A stretch of 62,019 nucleotides of DNA, the filler included. It is 7 parts of 7 records of this genome, joined end to end, with 100 filler letters (N's around TTAATTAATTAA, not from the genome) between each part and the next. Parts side by side here need not be neighbours in the genome. Positions count along the whole stretch, not along the records: positions 34,520 to 40,563 come from SRR20825010_6832; positions 40,664 to 55,592 come from SRR20825010_6836; 5 more parts are not named here. One strand, given 5' to 3'. This document shows positions 39,713 to 50,438 of this stretch, piece by piece. The translations under genes were made by a program, and so were the position numbers. Under the pieces are notes generated by a model that was not told where the DNA came from, did no database searches, and was given only the letters and a program-made list of their open reading frames with translations. The stretch's first letter is position 1, and the number at the start of each line of letters is the position of its first letter.

Positions 39713-39770
39713 GGTGGGTGTCCTAATTGATCTGGGTATCAGTTTGCGTATCAGTGTCAGGAATTCCGGT

Positions 39771-40373
39771 TTACATGGCGAGGCAGCCATGCAGCATAAT
39801 ATCGACACATTTTACTGTAACGTCCTCAGTCTTTAGCGGGGCATTTCTCAGTAATTGTATGCCCCAATAATTGCACAGACCGATCAGTGAAAGCGCTGTG
39901 AAATGGCAGTCAATATCCTCCCGCAACTGACCACTCGAGACCCCTTCGCAGAAAATGCCCTCGAGTTGTTGACGATAGCGTGAACCCAGCGCATTCAGCT
40001 GTTTTCGGCGCTCTCTGGGCAAGTACAGACGCTGTTCATTGTGTACTTTCATGGCTTCATTGTTGTGTTTGTAGGTCGCCAGGTGAGCGGCGATGGCGGC
40101 TTGTAGCTTGACTTCGAGCTTGTGGGGTTGGCTCGCAATCGACTCGATATGTGAAACGTAGTCCCTCAGGGCCGTCAGGCAGACTTCTTCCAGCGCCGCT
40201 TCCTTCGACTTGAAGTAGTAGTAGAGGCTACCCTGCTGAATGCCGAGTTTTTCGGCTATATCCCGGGTGCTGGCACCATGAAAACCCTTGTCGGCAAATA
40301 CTGCCGCCGCTGCCGCCACCGCACGTTGATGTCGGTGAGCATAGCGGGTTGAATTTTTGTCCTGTGTTGGCAT
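39771..40373 (-). CDS. TetR/AcrR family regulator
   Basis: [33 protein letters not shown]. Confidence 0.92.
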   Translation of the reverse strand: MPTQDKNSTRYAHRHQRAVAAAAAVFADKGFHGASTRDIAEKLGIQQGSLYYYFKSKEAALEEVCLTALRDYVSHIESIASQPHKLEVKLQAAIAAHLATYKHNNEAMKVHNEQRLYLPRERRKQLNALGSRYRQQLEGIFCEGVSSGQLREDIDCHFTALSLIGLCNYWGIQLLRNAPLKTEDVTVKCVDIMLHGCLAM

Positions 40374-40391
40374 TGAGTATCCGAAGATATT

Positions 40392-40424
40392 TCTATAACG
40401 CTATAGAATCTATAGATTTATAGA
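40392..40424. promoter_or_regulatory. Two tandem palindromic operators upstream of tetR
   Basis: TCTATA-ACGC-TATAGA and TCTATA-GATT-TATAGA. Confidence 0.65.
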
Positions 40425-40534
40425 AAAATGCAAGCGGTGATTCGGTTTTTAGCGGCGTGGCGATGTCAGATGTTGTCTGTTATTGCCTCCCTTCATTCTT
40501 AACCAGATTGTCAGGAGAATCGGGGTAGAACCCA

Positions 40535-40553
40535 TGGCGCACCCGAGAGGATT
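40535..40553 (-). other. 3'-terminal tRNA fragment (Arg-like), att-type or interrupted tRNA
   Basis: Minus strand AATCCTCTCGGGTGCGCCA ends in CCA; the upstream GGTTCG is absent. Confidence 0.55.
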
Positions 40554-40563
40554 GACTCAAAAC

Positions 40564-40663
40564 NNNNNNNNNNNNNNNNNNNNNNNNNNNNNNNNNNNNN
40601 NNNNNNNTTAATTAATTAANNNNNNNNNNNNNNNNNNNNNNNNNNNNNNNNNNNNNNNNNNNN
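40564..40663. other. Artificial contig spacer
   Basis: N44-TTAATTAATTAA-N44. Confidence 0.99.
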
Positions 40664-40723
40664 GAGCCCTTCGGTAAACTCAGGACAGGCTCTCGGGAAT
40701 TAGATCCTCTATGAGGGATTAAA
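40664..40723 (+). repeat. Flavobacterial REP/MITE-like intergenic repeat (partial)
   Basis: GAGCCCTTCGGTAAACTCAGGACAGGCTC..GGAAT matches the copy at 55489-55545. Confidence 0.7.
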
Positions 40724-40848
40724 ATAAAAGATTGTGGAGCATCAATAAATCCGAAAATTGTATAATTCTAATGAATAAGATTTTATCAATAATTAAAAAA
40801 CCTTAAACTTCCTACTTTAAAACTTTTAACTTAATTACAAACTCTAGA

Positions 40849-41469
40849 ATGCAAACTGTTATTCATCCTACATATTTTCCTTCTGTAGCACATTGGATTG
40901 AAATCAATAAGGCTGCTGAAAACTTAATATTTGAGAAAGAAGACAATTATCAAAAGCAAACTTATAGAAATAGAACCTATATATACAGTCCAAATGGCAT
41001 ACAAATGCTTTCTATTCCTATAAAACACAATAAAAATAAAGCACATCAAAAGTATAAAGATGTTGAACTAGAGACCAATTTTGATTGGAAAAAGCAACAT
41101 TGGAAATCCATACAAACTGCCTATAGAACTTCTCCTTTTTTTGAGTTTTATGAAGATGAATTTGCTCCTTTTTTTGAAAAGCAACACAAATTTCTTTATG
41201 ATATGAATATGGAAAGTATTGAGATTTTAGCAGATTGCTTTCAAATAGAATTGGATTTTTCTTTTACTACGGAATTTGAAAAAGAGATCAGTGGAGTTTT
41301 AGATAACCGACACTTAGCAAAAGCAAAAGAAGAAAAGAACTATAATTTTGATGTCTACACACAAGTTTTTGATGATAAACATGGTTTTATAGAAAATCTA
41401 AACGGCTTGGATTTACTCTTTAACGAAGGAACCAATGCTTCAAATTATTTAGACAACCAATCTAAGTAG
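40849..41469 (+). CDS. WbqC-family protein
   Basis: HPTYFP, YQKQTYRNR, AYRTSPFFEFY; homologous to 12865-13503. Confidence 0.9.
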   Translation: MQTVIHPTYFPSVAHWIEINKAAENLIFEKEDNYQKQTYRNRTYIYSPNGIQMLSIPIKHNKNKAHQKYKDVELETNFDWKKQHWKSIQTAYRTSPFFEFYEDEFAPFFEKQHKFLYDMNMESIEILADCFQIELDFSFTTEFEKEISGVLDNRHLAKAKEEKNYNFDVYTQVFDDKHGFIENLNGLDLLFNEGTNASNYLDNQSK

Positions 41470-41485
41470 AATTTTTTAAAAGTAT

Positions 41486-41815
41486 ATGCTCCGATTTATA
41501 GTCCATTACGGAATCCATTTTATAGTTCCCCTTCTTATTGCGTATTTATTTTACAAAAAAGATTTTTTAAAAGTAAGCGGGATTCTTTTACTTGGAATTC
41601 TAATAGACATAGACCACCTCTGGGCTTCTCCTATGTTTGATGCTAATAGATGTAGCATTGGATTCCATTTTCTGCATAGCTATTATCTAATTGCGCTTTA
41701 TTTTGCATTGCTATTTTTCAAAAAAACGCGAATTATAGGTATCGCTTTAATGATACATATAATTGCAGATCTAACCGATTGTTATCTCATGAAACATCCA
41801 TGTCTATTTTCATAG
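41486..41815 (+). CDS. Small membrane protein (HxxxH / DxDH; DUF6122-like)
   Basis: HYGIHF, IDIDHL, RCSIGFHFLHS, HIIAD. Confidence 0.75.
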   Translation: MLRFIVHYGIHFIVPLLIAYLFYKKDFLKVSGILLLGILIDIDHLWASPMFDANRCSIGFHFLHSYYLIALYFALLFFKKTRIIGIALMIHIIADLTDCYLMKHPCLFS

Positions 41816-41889
41816 CGGAATGATTATTTTAGATATCCCATATAACTCTTAAAAAAAACATATATATGAAATAAACACGCTAGTCGCTC

Positions 41890-42903
41890 TTAAATTTTCA
41901 ATTGAGAGATAATAGGATAATGATCTGAAAGTAGCTCATATCTATTCTTATGAGACATCACCTCTATGGTTTCATCCACCAAAATAAAGTCAATTCTAAA
42001 CGGAAAATACTTAAAGTAATAAGTTTTCCCTGTGCCACTCCCCTGCTCATCAAACGTATCTACATCGTCTCCTTTAATTTGCTTATAAATTGCCGAATAT
42101 TGATTATTGTTTAAATCGCCACAAGTAATTGTTTTATATGGACATTGTTCTTTATGAGAAACAAAAATATCTGTTTGGACTTGTTGTTTTGAAAACACAG
42201 CCCCCATCCGTTTAGCTAATTTACTGGAGTTTTCTTGAGAAATTTCTTCATCTTGAGGATTAATATGGAACGATTGCATATGTAAATTATACACCCTAAC
42301 AGTATCATTATCTTTTAAGATATCAATAAAAATTGCATTATTTTGAGAGTTGGGAAAGTTTAGAGACCCCCTTTTCACAATTGGGAATTTAGAAAAAATA
42401 GCTTGCCCAGTACCTTTAGTCTTGTATTTTATAAAACGGTATTTATAATTCTTAAACTCCTTCTCTTTAGAATCGTGAAACTCTTGTAAACATAGAATAT
42501 CTGGATTTTCCTCTTTTATCATATCCATAATTTCTTCGGATACTCCTTCTCTATCCAACCATTTATAAAGGTCGAAAATACGCACGTTGTAGGTCATTAC
42601 TTTAATTGCAGACTGACTAACAACATTTTTAGTTCCAGAAAATTGATATAATGAAGAAACTTGACCATACCCTAATAAGAGGATAATAAACGAAAGTAAA
42701 AAATGTCGTTTCCACTTTACAATCCAATAAACAAGAAAGGCTATATTTAATAAAATTAGTACAGGCGTTGCAAGACTAAAAATAGCTGTTTTAGGAAACG
42801 ATTTAACAGGAATATATGGTACTAAAAGGCTTATTTGTAATAAAAAAGCAAATACTGTATTCAAAGTAAAAATACCTTTATTAATCCAGTTAAGCTTTTT
42901 CAT
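41890..42903 (-). CDS. Membrane-anchored EEP-family protein
   Basis: TYNV, CLQE, GDLN, RIDFI, SDHYP. Confidence 0.9.
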   Translation of the reverse strand: MKKLNWINKGIFTLNTVFAFLLQISLLVPYIPVKSFPKTAIFSLATPVLILLNIAFLVYWIVKWKRHFLLSFIILLLGYGQVSSLYQFSGTKNVVSQSAIKVMTYNVRIFDLYKWLDREGVSEEIMDMIKEENPDILCLQEFHDSKEKEFKNYKYRFIKYKTKGTGQAIFSKFPIVKRGSLNFPNSQNNAIFIDILKDNDTVRVYNLHMQSFHINPQDEEISQENSSKLAKRMGAVFSKQQVQTDIFVSHKEQCPYKTITCGDLNNNQYSAIYKQIKGDDVDTFDEQGSGTGKTYYFKYFPFRIDFILVDETIEVMSHKNRYELLSDHYPIISQLKI

Positions 42904-42931
42904 GTTTAATATAATTTATATGAAGTCCCTT

Positions 42932-43795
42932 TTATTCTTTGCCTGCTTTAAATAAAAAATCCTTTTCTTCTTTGGACAAACTCTCGTAGCCACTTTTACT
43001 TATTTTATCTAAGATAGCATCTATTTTTTTCTGATGCTCATTTTTTGAAGCTTTATTAGCAGATGCCCGTTTTGTATCTTTATGAACCGTTTTTAAGGGA
43101 GATTTTTTTTTCCTTTTAAAAATATTAGAAATAGACGAAACAAAACCATCAACTCCCGAACCTATATCTTTCCCTTCTTGAAGCTTTTTAGCATACACAT
43201 ACCCCAACAAAGCTCCTCCTAAATGCGCAATATGGCCGCCAGAATTTCCTAGTGGTAACTGTACTAAATCCAACAACACAAAAGCAACTCCTAAATACCA
43301 AAGTTTAATATTGAAGAAAATTAATCTTACTTCTTGATTCGGAATGTAGGTACAAACAAAAATAAGAATTGCCATAATAGCAGCAGAAGCTCCAATTAAA
43401 GGAGAATTTACTCTCGAGAAAACAGGAAATATATTATAGCTAAGTAAGAAAAAAGCACCGCCTAAAACAGCTCCTAAGAAATAAACATTTAAAAAATATC
43501 TCTTACTAAAAAGGTTTAAAAATATTCTTGATGAAAAATATAACAACAACATATTCCAAAAAAGATGCATAAAGCCTCCGTGAAAAAATGCGTAGGTAAC
43601 AATAGACCAAGGCTGTACAATAAAGTCTAAAAAGCTTTTTGGCAACTGAAACCATTGCATTATAGCATCTGGCATTAGTTGTAGCAAAAAAACTATCAAT
43701 GCATTTAAAATGAATATAGCAACATTTACAACAATGAGCTTTTCTGCTATATTTAATGTTGAAAATTTATATTTAATATCGTTTGTAATACTCAT
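42932..43795 (-). CDS. Rhomboid intramembrane serine protease
   Basis: HLFWNM, GASA, AHLGG. Confidence 0.92.
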   Translation of the reverse strand: MSITNDIKYKFSTLNIAEKLIVVNVAIFILNALIVFLLQLMPDAIMQWFQLPKSFLDFIVQPWSIVTYAFFHGGFMHLFWNMLLLYFSSRIFLNLFSKRYFLNVYFLGAVLGGAFFLLSYNIFPVFSRVNSPLIGASAAIMAILIFVCTYIPNQEVRLIFFNIKLWYLGVAFVLLDLVQLPLGNSGGHIAHLGGALLGYVYAKKLQEGKDIGSGVDGFVSSISNIFKRKKKSPLKTVHKDTKRASANKASKNEHQKKIDAILDKISKSGYESLSKEEKDFLFKAGKE

Positions 43796-43885
43796 TCGCT
43801 ATTTTATTTCTGTAAAATACTATAACCCCATTATTAAAAGGTTTGGCATGTTGTAATTCTATATTTTATCTCTATCTAATAAAAA

Positions 43886-44629
43886 TCAATTCCAACGATT
43901 TCCGTTAAATTGATTTCGTTTCCAGTACCACATCATTATAAAACCAAACAAGGCACCTCCTAAATGCGCAAAATGTGCTATTCCTTGTCCAAAAATAGAA
44001 TATCCTGTTACCCCAGAAAATAAATCTAAGGCAATAATTACTGGAATAAAATACTTTGCTTTTATAGGAATAGGTAAAAATATCAGCATCAATTCTGCAT
44101 TAGGAAACATCATTCCAAAAGCTACTAAAACTCCATAAATGGCTCCAGACGCTCCTACAGCAGGCGTCATATAAGAACCTATAAAATTTTGGAGGGTACT
44201 TTCAGATATCACATTAGCCCAAGAAGTGTCGTACTTTCCTTGACTAAGAATGTTCAATATTTCTGCTTGATTATAACCTTGCTCAACCAACGCTTGCATC
44301 CCTTCATTAAAATAATAATAGTTTACAAGTGTATGTATTAAAGCGGCTCCTAAACCTGCAGAAAAGTAAAAGAAAAAGAATTTTCCTTTACCCCACATTT
44401 GCTCCAAAGGAGTTCCAAAAGCCCATAAAGCATACATATTAAACAAAATATGCATAAAACCTCCATGCATAAACATGTGAGTAACAACCTGCCAGAGTTG
44501 AAAATGTTCATTTTTAGGAAACCACAGTGAAAACAAATCGTACATCTGCTGCCCCATAAGCTGTGTTGCAATAAAAAACAACACATTAATAATTAATAAA
44601 TGCTTTACTGCATCGGTAATTCTTCCCAT
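43886..44629 (-). CDS. Rhomboid intramembrane serine protease
   Basis: HILFNM, GASGA, AHLGG. Confidence 0.92.
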   Translation of the reverse strand: MGRITDAVKHLLIINVLFFIATQLMGQQMYDLFSLWFPKNEHFQLWQVVTHMFMHGGFMHILFNMYALWAFGTPLEQMWGKGKFFFFYFSAGLGAALIHTLVNYYYFNEGMQALVEQGYNQAEILNILSQGKYDTSWANVISESTLQNFIGSYMTPAVGASGAIYGVLVAFGMMFPNAELMLIFLPIPIKAKYFIPVIIALDLFSGVTGYSIFGQGIAHFAHLGGALFGFIMMWYWKRNQFNGNRWN

Positions 44630-44645
44630 TACTTGGAATTTAATT

Positions 44646-46481
44646 TTATAAAAATCGTTTATCTATTTCTTCAACGGTCATTGTAATATATGTAGGCTTA
44701 TTAAATGGGGACACTGTTGGCTCTTTGGTTGCAAAAAGATTATTTACTAACGCTTCTTGAGATGTTATATTTAATAATTCTCCACTTTTTACTGCTAATG
44801 TTTTACACATAGCCTTTGCTAAAATATCCGCTTGAGACAATGAACTCTCTGGCACTTCCGACTGAAAATCTGATAACAATTGGTCTACTATAATTGCTAC
44901 TTCACTTTCAGAAATATTTAAAGGAATTCCACTTACCTCCACTTCATCTTCCTTAAAATTAGAAAATAAAAATCCTGTATTTTCTAAACTGTCTTTTAAT
45001 TCTTTCAATAATGCTATTTCAGTTTTCGAAAAACTCAAAATTAAAGGAAATAACAATTGCTGACTCACCCCTTTATCAACCGTAATATTTTTTAAATATT
45101 GCTCATACAACACACGTTGATGTGCTCGGTGTTGGTTTATAATAACCATTCCCGATTTTATAGTAGTAACAATATATTTTTTATGCAACTGATACGTAGT
45201 TGCAGCTAACTCTTCATTTTCATTATTAAACAAAGAACCGGTAACTTCTTCTGACTCTAACTCAATAGAACTAAAATCTGATTTTCGCTCTAGACCTACA
45301 TACAAATTCTCCCAACTAGCCTGCGGTTTCTCTCTTTTCTGATATCCAACAGAAATCCCTCCTTTGCTTTCTTTTTCAAACGGATTAAAATTTGCATCTA
45401 CCTCTACCGTTGGAAAGTCTGCATTTTTACTTTTGTAATTATAAGGCGTATCCAAATTGGCATCTCGCTCAAAATCAAGCACTGGAGCCACATTAAATTG
45501 TCCTAAACTATGCTTAACAGAAGCCCTTAAAATAGCGTAAAGAGCATGCTCATCGTCAAACTTAACTTCTGTTTTTGTTGGATGAATATTGATATCAATC
45601 CCAGAAGGATCTACCTCTAAAAATAAAAAATAGCTAGGGTGGGTTTGCTCTTTCATAAGTCCTTCAAAAGCGGAACAAACCGCATGATGTAAATATGAAT
45701 TTTTAACAAATCTATTATTCACAAAAAAGAATTGCTCCCCCCGTGTTTTCTTTGCAAATTCAGGTTTACAAATAAACCCACTCAGATTTACAACCTCTGT
45801 ATCTTCTTCTACAGGAACTAATTTTTCATTTGTTTTCCCTCCAAAAATATGCACAATTCGTTGTCGCAAATTGGATGCTGGAAGGTTAAAAAGCTCACTC
45901 CCATTATTATAAAAATCAAACTGAATAGTGGGATGCGCCAAAGCCACCCTCTGAAATTCATCTATAATATGGCGAAGCTCTACAGTATCCGATTTTAAAA
46001 AATTCCTACGTGCAGGAATATTAAAAAACAAATTTTTAACCAGTAAAGAAGTCCCTTTTGGAGTTACTGTAACTCCTTGATCTACAATTTTACTTCCTTC
46101 AATTTTAAGTTGTGTTCCAACCTCATCTCCTTCCTGGCAGGTATTCATTTCTACATGAGCAATTGCCGCAATAGAAGCCAATGCTTCTCCACGAAACCCT
46201 TTTGTATGTAATTGAAATAAATCTTCTGCTGCTTTAATTTTAGAAGTTGCATGGCGCTCAAAAGACATTCTGGCATCGGTAACACTCATTCCCTTACCAT
46301 TATCTACTACTTGAATAAGTGTTTTCCCAGCGTCTTTAATAATTAGTTTAATAGAAGTGCTCCCTGCATCAACTGCATTTTCTATAAGTTCTTTAACAAC
46401 AGAAGCGGGTCTTTGTACCACTTCCCCCGCTGCAATTTGATTTGCAACATGGTCTGGTAAAAGCTGAATAATATCTGCCAT
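44646..46481 (-). CDS. mutL: DNA mismatch repair endonuclease MutL
   Basis: NQIAAGEVVQRP, ELIENAVDAG, HATSK, GFRGEAL, NQHRAHQR. Confidence 0.96.
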   Translation of the reverse strand: MADIIQLLPDHVANQIAAGEVVQRPASVVKELIENAVDAGSTSIKLIIKDAGKTLIQVVDNGKGMSVTDARMSFERHATSKIKAAEDLFQLHTKGFRGEALASIAAIAHVEMNTCQEGDEVGTQLKIEGSKIVDQGVTVTPKGTSLLVKNLFFNIPARRNFLKSDTVELRHIIDEFQRVALAHPTIQFDFYNNGSELFNLPASNLRQRIVHIFGGKTNEKLVPVEEDTEVVNLSGFICKPEFAKKTRGEQFFFVNNRFVKNSYLHHAVCSAFEGLMKEQTHPSYFLFLEVDPSGIDINIHPTKTEVKFDDEHALYAILRASVKHSLGQFNVAPVLDFERDANLDTPYNYKSKNADFPTVEVDANFNPFEKESKGGISVGYQKREKPQASWENLYVGLERKSDFSSIELESEEVTGSLFNNENEELAATTYQLHKKYIVTTIKSGMVIINQHRAHQRVLYEQYLKNITVDKGVSQQLLFPLILSFSKTEIALLKELKDSLENTGFLFSNFKEDEVEVSGIPLNISESEVAIIVDQLLSDFQSEVPESSLSQADILAKAMCKTLAVKSGELLNITSQEALVNNLFATKEPTVSPFNKPTYITMTVEEIDKRFL

Positions 46482-46774
46482 TAAATAAGTTTATCTAAAT
46501 TAATATATCGTACCGCTACCATTGCAAACATTAGTAAGAAAATTAAAATAACTATAAAACGAATTCGTGAGTTCATACTAGAAGAAGTAGAACGTACCGT
46601 TTTCCAATCATCTCGGTATGCTTTTCTCCTATACCCCTTAAAATACTCCTCATCAGAACGTTTCTCTTTGCTCTTTTTAAGCTCTTCTAAACGCTCTTTT
46701 CTTTCATCATAATACCTTGGCGTATAGTTATACGACTTATTGGCGCTTGTCTTAAAAAGTGAAGGAAGTCTCAC
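46481..46774 (-). CDS. Conserved small membrane protein between ribH and mutL
   Basis: YNYTPRYY motif and C-terminal TM; GTG start. Confidence 0.75.
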   Translation of the reverse strand: MRLPSLFKTSANKSYNYTPRYYDERKERLEELKKSKEKRSDEEYFKGYRRKAYRDDWKTVRSTSSSMNSRIRFIVILIFLLMFAMVAVRYINLDKLI

Positions 46775-47015
46775 AGCTTTATGGTTTTTTAAAATTTAAT
46801 GTAAATGTTTATCTGACTGAAAAATAAAATTCTTCAATCAACAATATAAATTTATTGCGATAAATATCAAAATTACTCAAAAAGGAATAGACTTACCACC
46901 TATAAATCCTAAAAGTTGTTAAGAAAAATAGTTATTTATGCTAACTAAATTATTACTAAGGACTCTCTAATAAAATATAATTATTCTATTACGGAATCCT
47001 AGAAACTAGAAGATA

Positions 47016-47498
47016 TTAATTTCCTAAAGCAGCCATTTTTATAGCAGCAATAGCAGCCTCTGTACCCTTATTTCCATGCTTTCCTCCACTCCTATCAATG
47101 GCTTGTTGCATGGTATTATCGGTTAAGACGCAAAAAATAACTGGGGTATCATATTTAACATTAAGATCTTTTATCCCTTCTGCGGTAGCTCCACAAACAA
47201 AGTCAAAGTGCTTAGTCTCCCCTTGAATAACACTTCCAATAGCTATAATAGCATCTGGCTCATGTTTTTTAATCATTTTCTTTGTTCCATATGTAAGCTC
47301 AAAACTTCCTGGAACATCCCAACGAATGATATTTTCTACAACAGCCCCACAATCCAATAAAGCATCCATAGCTCCTTGACATAGTCCTTCTGTTATTTCT
47401 GAATTCCATTCTGAAACAACAATCCCAAATCGAAAATCTTTCGCATTTGGGATTGTAGCTTTATCGTATACTGATAAATTTTTATTTTCTGTAGCCAT
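47016..47498 (-). CDS. ribH: 6,7-dimethyl-8-ribityllumazine synthase
   Basis: VSEWN, VPGSFE, IQGETKHF, GNKG. Confidence 0.95.
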   Translation of the reverse strand: MATENKNLSVYDKATIPNAKDFRFGIVVSEWNSEITEGLCQGAMDALLDCGAVVENIIRWDVPGSFELTYGTKKMIKKHEPDAIIAIGSVIQGETKHFDFVCGATAEGIKDLNVKYDTPVIFCVLTDNTMQQAIDRSGGKHGNKGTEAAIAAIKMAALGN

Positions 47499-47560
47499 AC
47501 TTTTTACGCTAAGTTAATCATTCAATATCAATTTACATTAATAAAAGAACAACCAACCAA

Positions 47561-48340
47561 TTACTTTTTAAGCGTTTCTGCTTTTCCAATATAAATATCT
47601 ATAGTTCTTCCTTCTTCAGAATCGCTATATTCATTTTTTACTCTATTGAAATATTTTAATGCTTTAGCTGCATCTCCAGCCTGTAAAGAAATTACACCCG
47701 CTTTAAATAAAAATTTAGGGGTTGTAAAAGCATTTTCAGAGGTAGCAATTGCTTTTTCATAATACTCCAAACCGTCTTGCTCTTGTCCTAATTGCACAAA
47801 TGCATCTCCAATTCCTCCTTTTGCCAAAGCACTTAAAATTGGATCATCAGATTTAAAATCTTGAAGATATTTAATTGCTTCATCATACTTTTGAGTATTT
47901 AAAAATGCCATTCCAGCACTATAATGCGCAAGATTAGCAGCCTTTGTACCCCCGTAATTATCGATAATGTCGATTAAACCATATTTTCCATCTGCTCCAT
48001 TCAATGCTAATCCGTACAACGAATCTTTTGCAGTGCTATTTACAGCCTCATCAAAATATTGTTGCGCAAAAAACATTTCATTAGAAGCCTCAGCCTCTTT
48101 AGGTTTTAAAATAAACTGTTGGTATCCCAAGAACCCAAGCACTAAAAGTACTACAACTCCTATTCCACCTAATATAAACTTTTGGTTACTTGCAACCCAC
48201 TCTTCTGTTTTGCTAGCACTTTCGTTTAATGTATTAAATACTTCTTCTGTAGTACTTTCACCATCGTACACCTCGTTCTCCAAAAGATCTCCTTCCTTTT
48301 TCGTTGGTTTCTTATAGCCTCTTTTCTTATACGTTGCCAT
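47561..48340 (-). CDS. Membrane-anchored TPR protein (YfgM-like)
   Basis: Single TM followed by TPR repeats. Confidence 0.82.
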   Translation of the reverse strand: MATYKKRGYKKPTKKEGDLLENEVYDGESTTEEVFNTLNESASKTEEWVASNQKFILGGIGVVVLLVLGFLGYQQFILKPKEAEASNEMFFAQQYFDEAVNSTAKDSLYGLALNGADGKYGLIDIIDNYGGTKAANLAHYSAGMAFLNTQKYDEAIKYLQDFKSDDPILSALAKGGIGDAFVQLGQEQDGLEYYEKAIATSENAFTTPKFLFKAGVISLQAGDAAKALKYFNRVKNEYSDSEEGRTIDIYIGKAETLKK

Positions 48341-48546
48341 ATCTATATTTTATTAAGCCTCGCAAAAATAAAATTTTTATTCAAATAGGAAAGGGAATTT
48401 ATTTTATTATTTTTTATCTGTCTTTTTTATTTTACTAATTTCGTCGTTTTATATTTGCCAATAACGCCATTAGTCTATTAATTTAGCTATGTTATAACAT
48501 TACTATTTATTTTTAACTGAAAAAATAATTCCGTAGAATCCTACAA

Positions 48547-49629
48547 ATGCAATTACAAAAATTATCGCTTATAAATTTTAAAAATTTCGATTCGCAAAGT
48601 TTTGAATTTGATGCTAAAATAAACTGTTTTGTAGGTCAAAATGGTATTGGAAAAACAAATGCGCTAGATGCTATTTATTTACTTTCCTTCGGAAAAAGCT
48701 ATTTCAATCCAATTGCCTCTCAAAACATTAAACACGAGGAGAGTTTTTTTGTAATTGATGGGGAATTTTTAAGAGATGAAAAAGAAGAAAGAATTATTTG
48801 TAGTTTAAAAAAAGGGCAGAAAAAAATTATAAAACGCAACGGAAAAATTTACGACAAATTATCCGAACACATTGGTTTTATTCCGCTTGTAATTATTTCT
48901 CCTGCAGATAGAGACCTTATTATTGAAGGAAGTGAAACACGCCGAAAATTTATAGATAGTGTTATCTCTCAAAGCAATAAATCCTATTTACAAAATCTAA
49001 TAAACTACAATAAAGTTTTAGCGCAACGTAATTCGCTTTTAAAATATTTTGCACTCAACAATACTTTTAATGCTGATACTCTTGAAGTCTACAACGACCA
49101 ATTACACGATTACGGGCATAAAATCCATGAAGCACGCAAAGATTTTCTAGACATTTTTATTCCTATTTTTAAAGAGCGTTATGCCTCTATCTCTGGTGGA
49201 AAAGAAGCAATTAATTTAAGCTACCAAAGTCGGTTAACAGAAAAAGACCTCAACACCCTTTTTAAAGAAAATTTGAATAAAGATAAAGCTTTACAATATA
49301 CTTCTGTAGGAATCCACAAAGACGATTTAAGTTTTGAAATAGGAGATTTCCCTATCAAGAAATTTGGAAGTCAAGGGCAACAAAAATCGTTTTTAATTGC
49401 TTTAAAGCTTGCGCAATTTGACTTTATTAAAGCACAAGCTGGACACACTCCTATTTTGCTTTTGGACGATATTTTTGACAAACTTGATGAAAATCGTGTG
49501 AGTCAGATTATAACCCTAGTAAATCAAGACGAATTCGGACAAATATTTATAAGTGATACCCATGCCGAAAGAACCGAAAATGTTGTTAAACAAACACATC
49601 AGTCTTATAAAATGATTGTTTTAAAATAG
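48547..49629 (+). CDS. recF: DNA replication/repair protein RecF
   Basis: [27 protein letters not shown]. Confidence 0.95.
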   Translation: MQLQKLSLINFKNFDSQSFEFDAKINCFVGQNGIGKTNALDAIYLLSFGKSYFNPIASQNIKHEESFFVIDGEFLRDEKEERIICSLKKGQKKIIKRNGKIYDKLSEHIGFIPLVIISPADRDLIIEGSETRRKFIDSVISQSNKSYLQNLINYNKVLAQRNSLLKYFALNNTFNADTLEVYNDQLHDYGHKIHEARKDFLDIFIPIFKERYASISGGKEAINLSYQSRLTEKDLNTLFKENLNKDKALQYTSVGIHKDDLSFEIGDFPIKKFGSQGQQKSFLIALKLAQFDFIKAQAGHTPILLLDDIFDKLDENRVSQIITLVNQDEFGQIFISDTHAERTENVVKQTHQSYKMIVLK

Positions 49630-49683
49630 AAAAGTTTTTGGTTGATTTGAAAATTCGCTAATTTGATAATTTACATTAAAAAA

Positions 49684-49845
49684 TTATTCTCTAGATTTCC
49701 TTTTTAAATTTCCAGCTATCAATAACCCAGCTCCTACTCCTATTAAAATCCCCGATATAAAATCTGTCCCCTCTTGATCTGCAATATATTGAACTAAGAT
49801 TCCGATTACTAATATTGCCAGTCCTATGATTCTTATTTTGTTCAT
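49684..49845 (-). CDS. 53-aa two-TM protein (below the ORF-track cutoff)
   Basis: MNKIRIIGLAILVIGILVQYIADQEGTDFISGILIGVGAGLLIAGNLKRKSRE*. Confidence 0.7.
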   Translation of the reverse strand: MNKIRIIGLAILVIGILVQYIADQEGTDFISGILIGVGAGLLIAGNLKRKSRE

Positions 49846-50024
49846 TGTTTAATTTTGGTTAGCTAAATATAAAAATATCCTTATATAAAAGCTTTTTAAT
49901 GATTTGAAAATGTGTTGATTTAAAAAATCGCTAATTCGCTAATTTACATTTAAAAAATCTATCCTTTCAAATTTCACTTAGCCAACAACTTTTAGCTACC
50001 TTTGTTTTTCCAAAAAACTTAGCT

Positions 50025-50438
50025 TTGAAAATTAGAGTTCTTATCATTCTTTGCAGTATATTTTTAAGCTGCAACAAAACGCAAATCGAAGACATCTCGC
50101 TTCTTAATGGCTATTGGGAAATTGAAAAAGTTACATTCCCTTCCGGAGAAAATAAAGATTACAAAGTAAATACTGTGATTGACTATTGGCAATTAAAAGA
50201 TTCTACTGGAACAAAAGAAAAAGTAATGCCTCGATTAGACGGAAGGTTTCTTAACATGAAAGAGTTTGAAAACTTCAGTATAAAAAAAGAAAACGACGGA
50301 CTCTACATTGAGTACAATAACGATGGAAATGTCCGAAAAGAAAAAATAATCTTACTTACCAAAGATAGATTTGGTATCGTAAACAGTCAAGACAAAACTT
50401 ATTATTACAAACGTTTTGAAAAATTCTCTTTAAAATAA
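50025..50438 (+). CDS. Lipocalin-like lipoprotein
   Basis: Lipobox FLSC, LNGYWEI; -7 element TACCTTTG at 49997. Confidence 0.78.
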   Translation: MKIRVLIILCSIFLSCNKTQIEDISLLNGYWEIEKVTFPSGENKDYKVNTVIDYWQLKDSTGTKEKVMPRLDGRFLNMKEFENFSIKKENDGLYIEYNNDGNVRKEKIILLTKDRFGIVNSQDKTYYYKRFEKFSLK

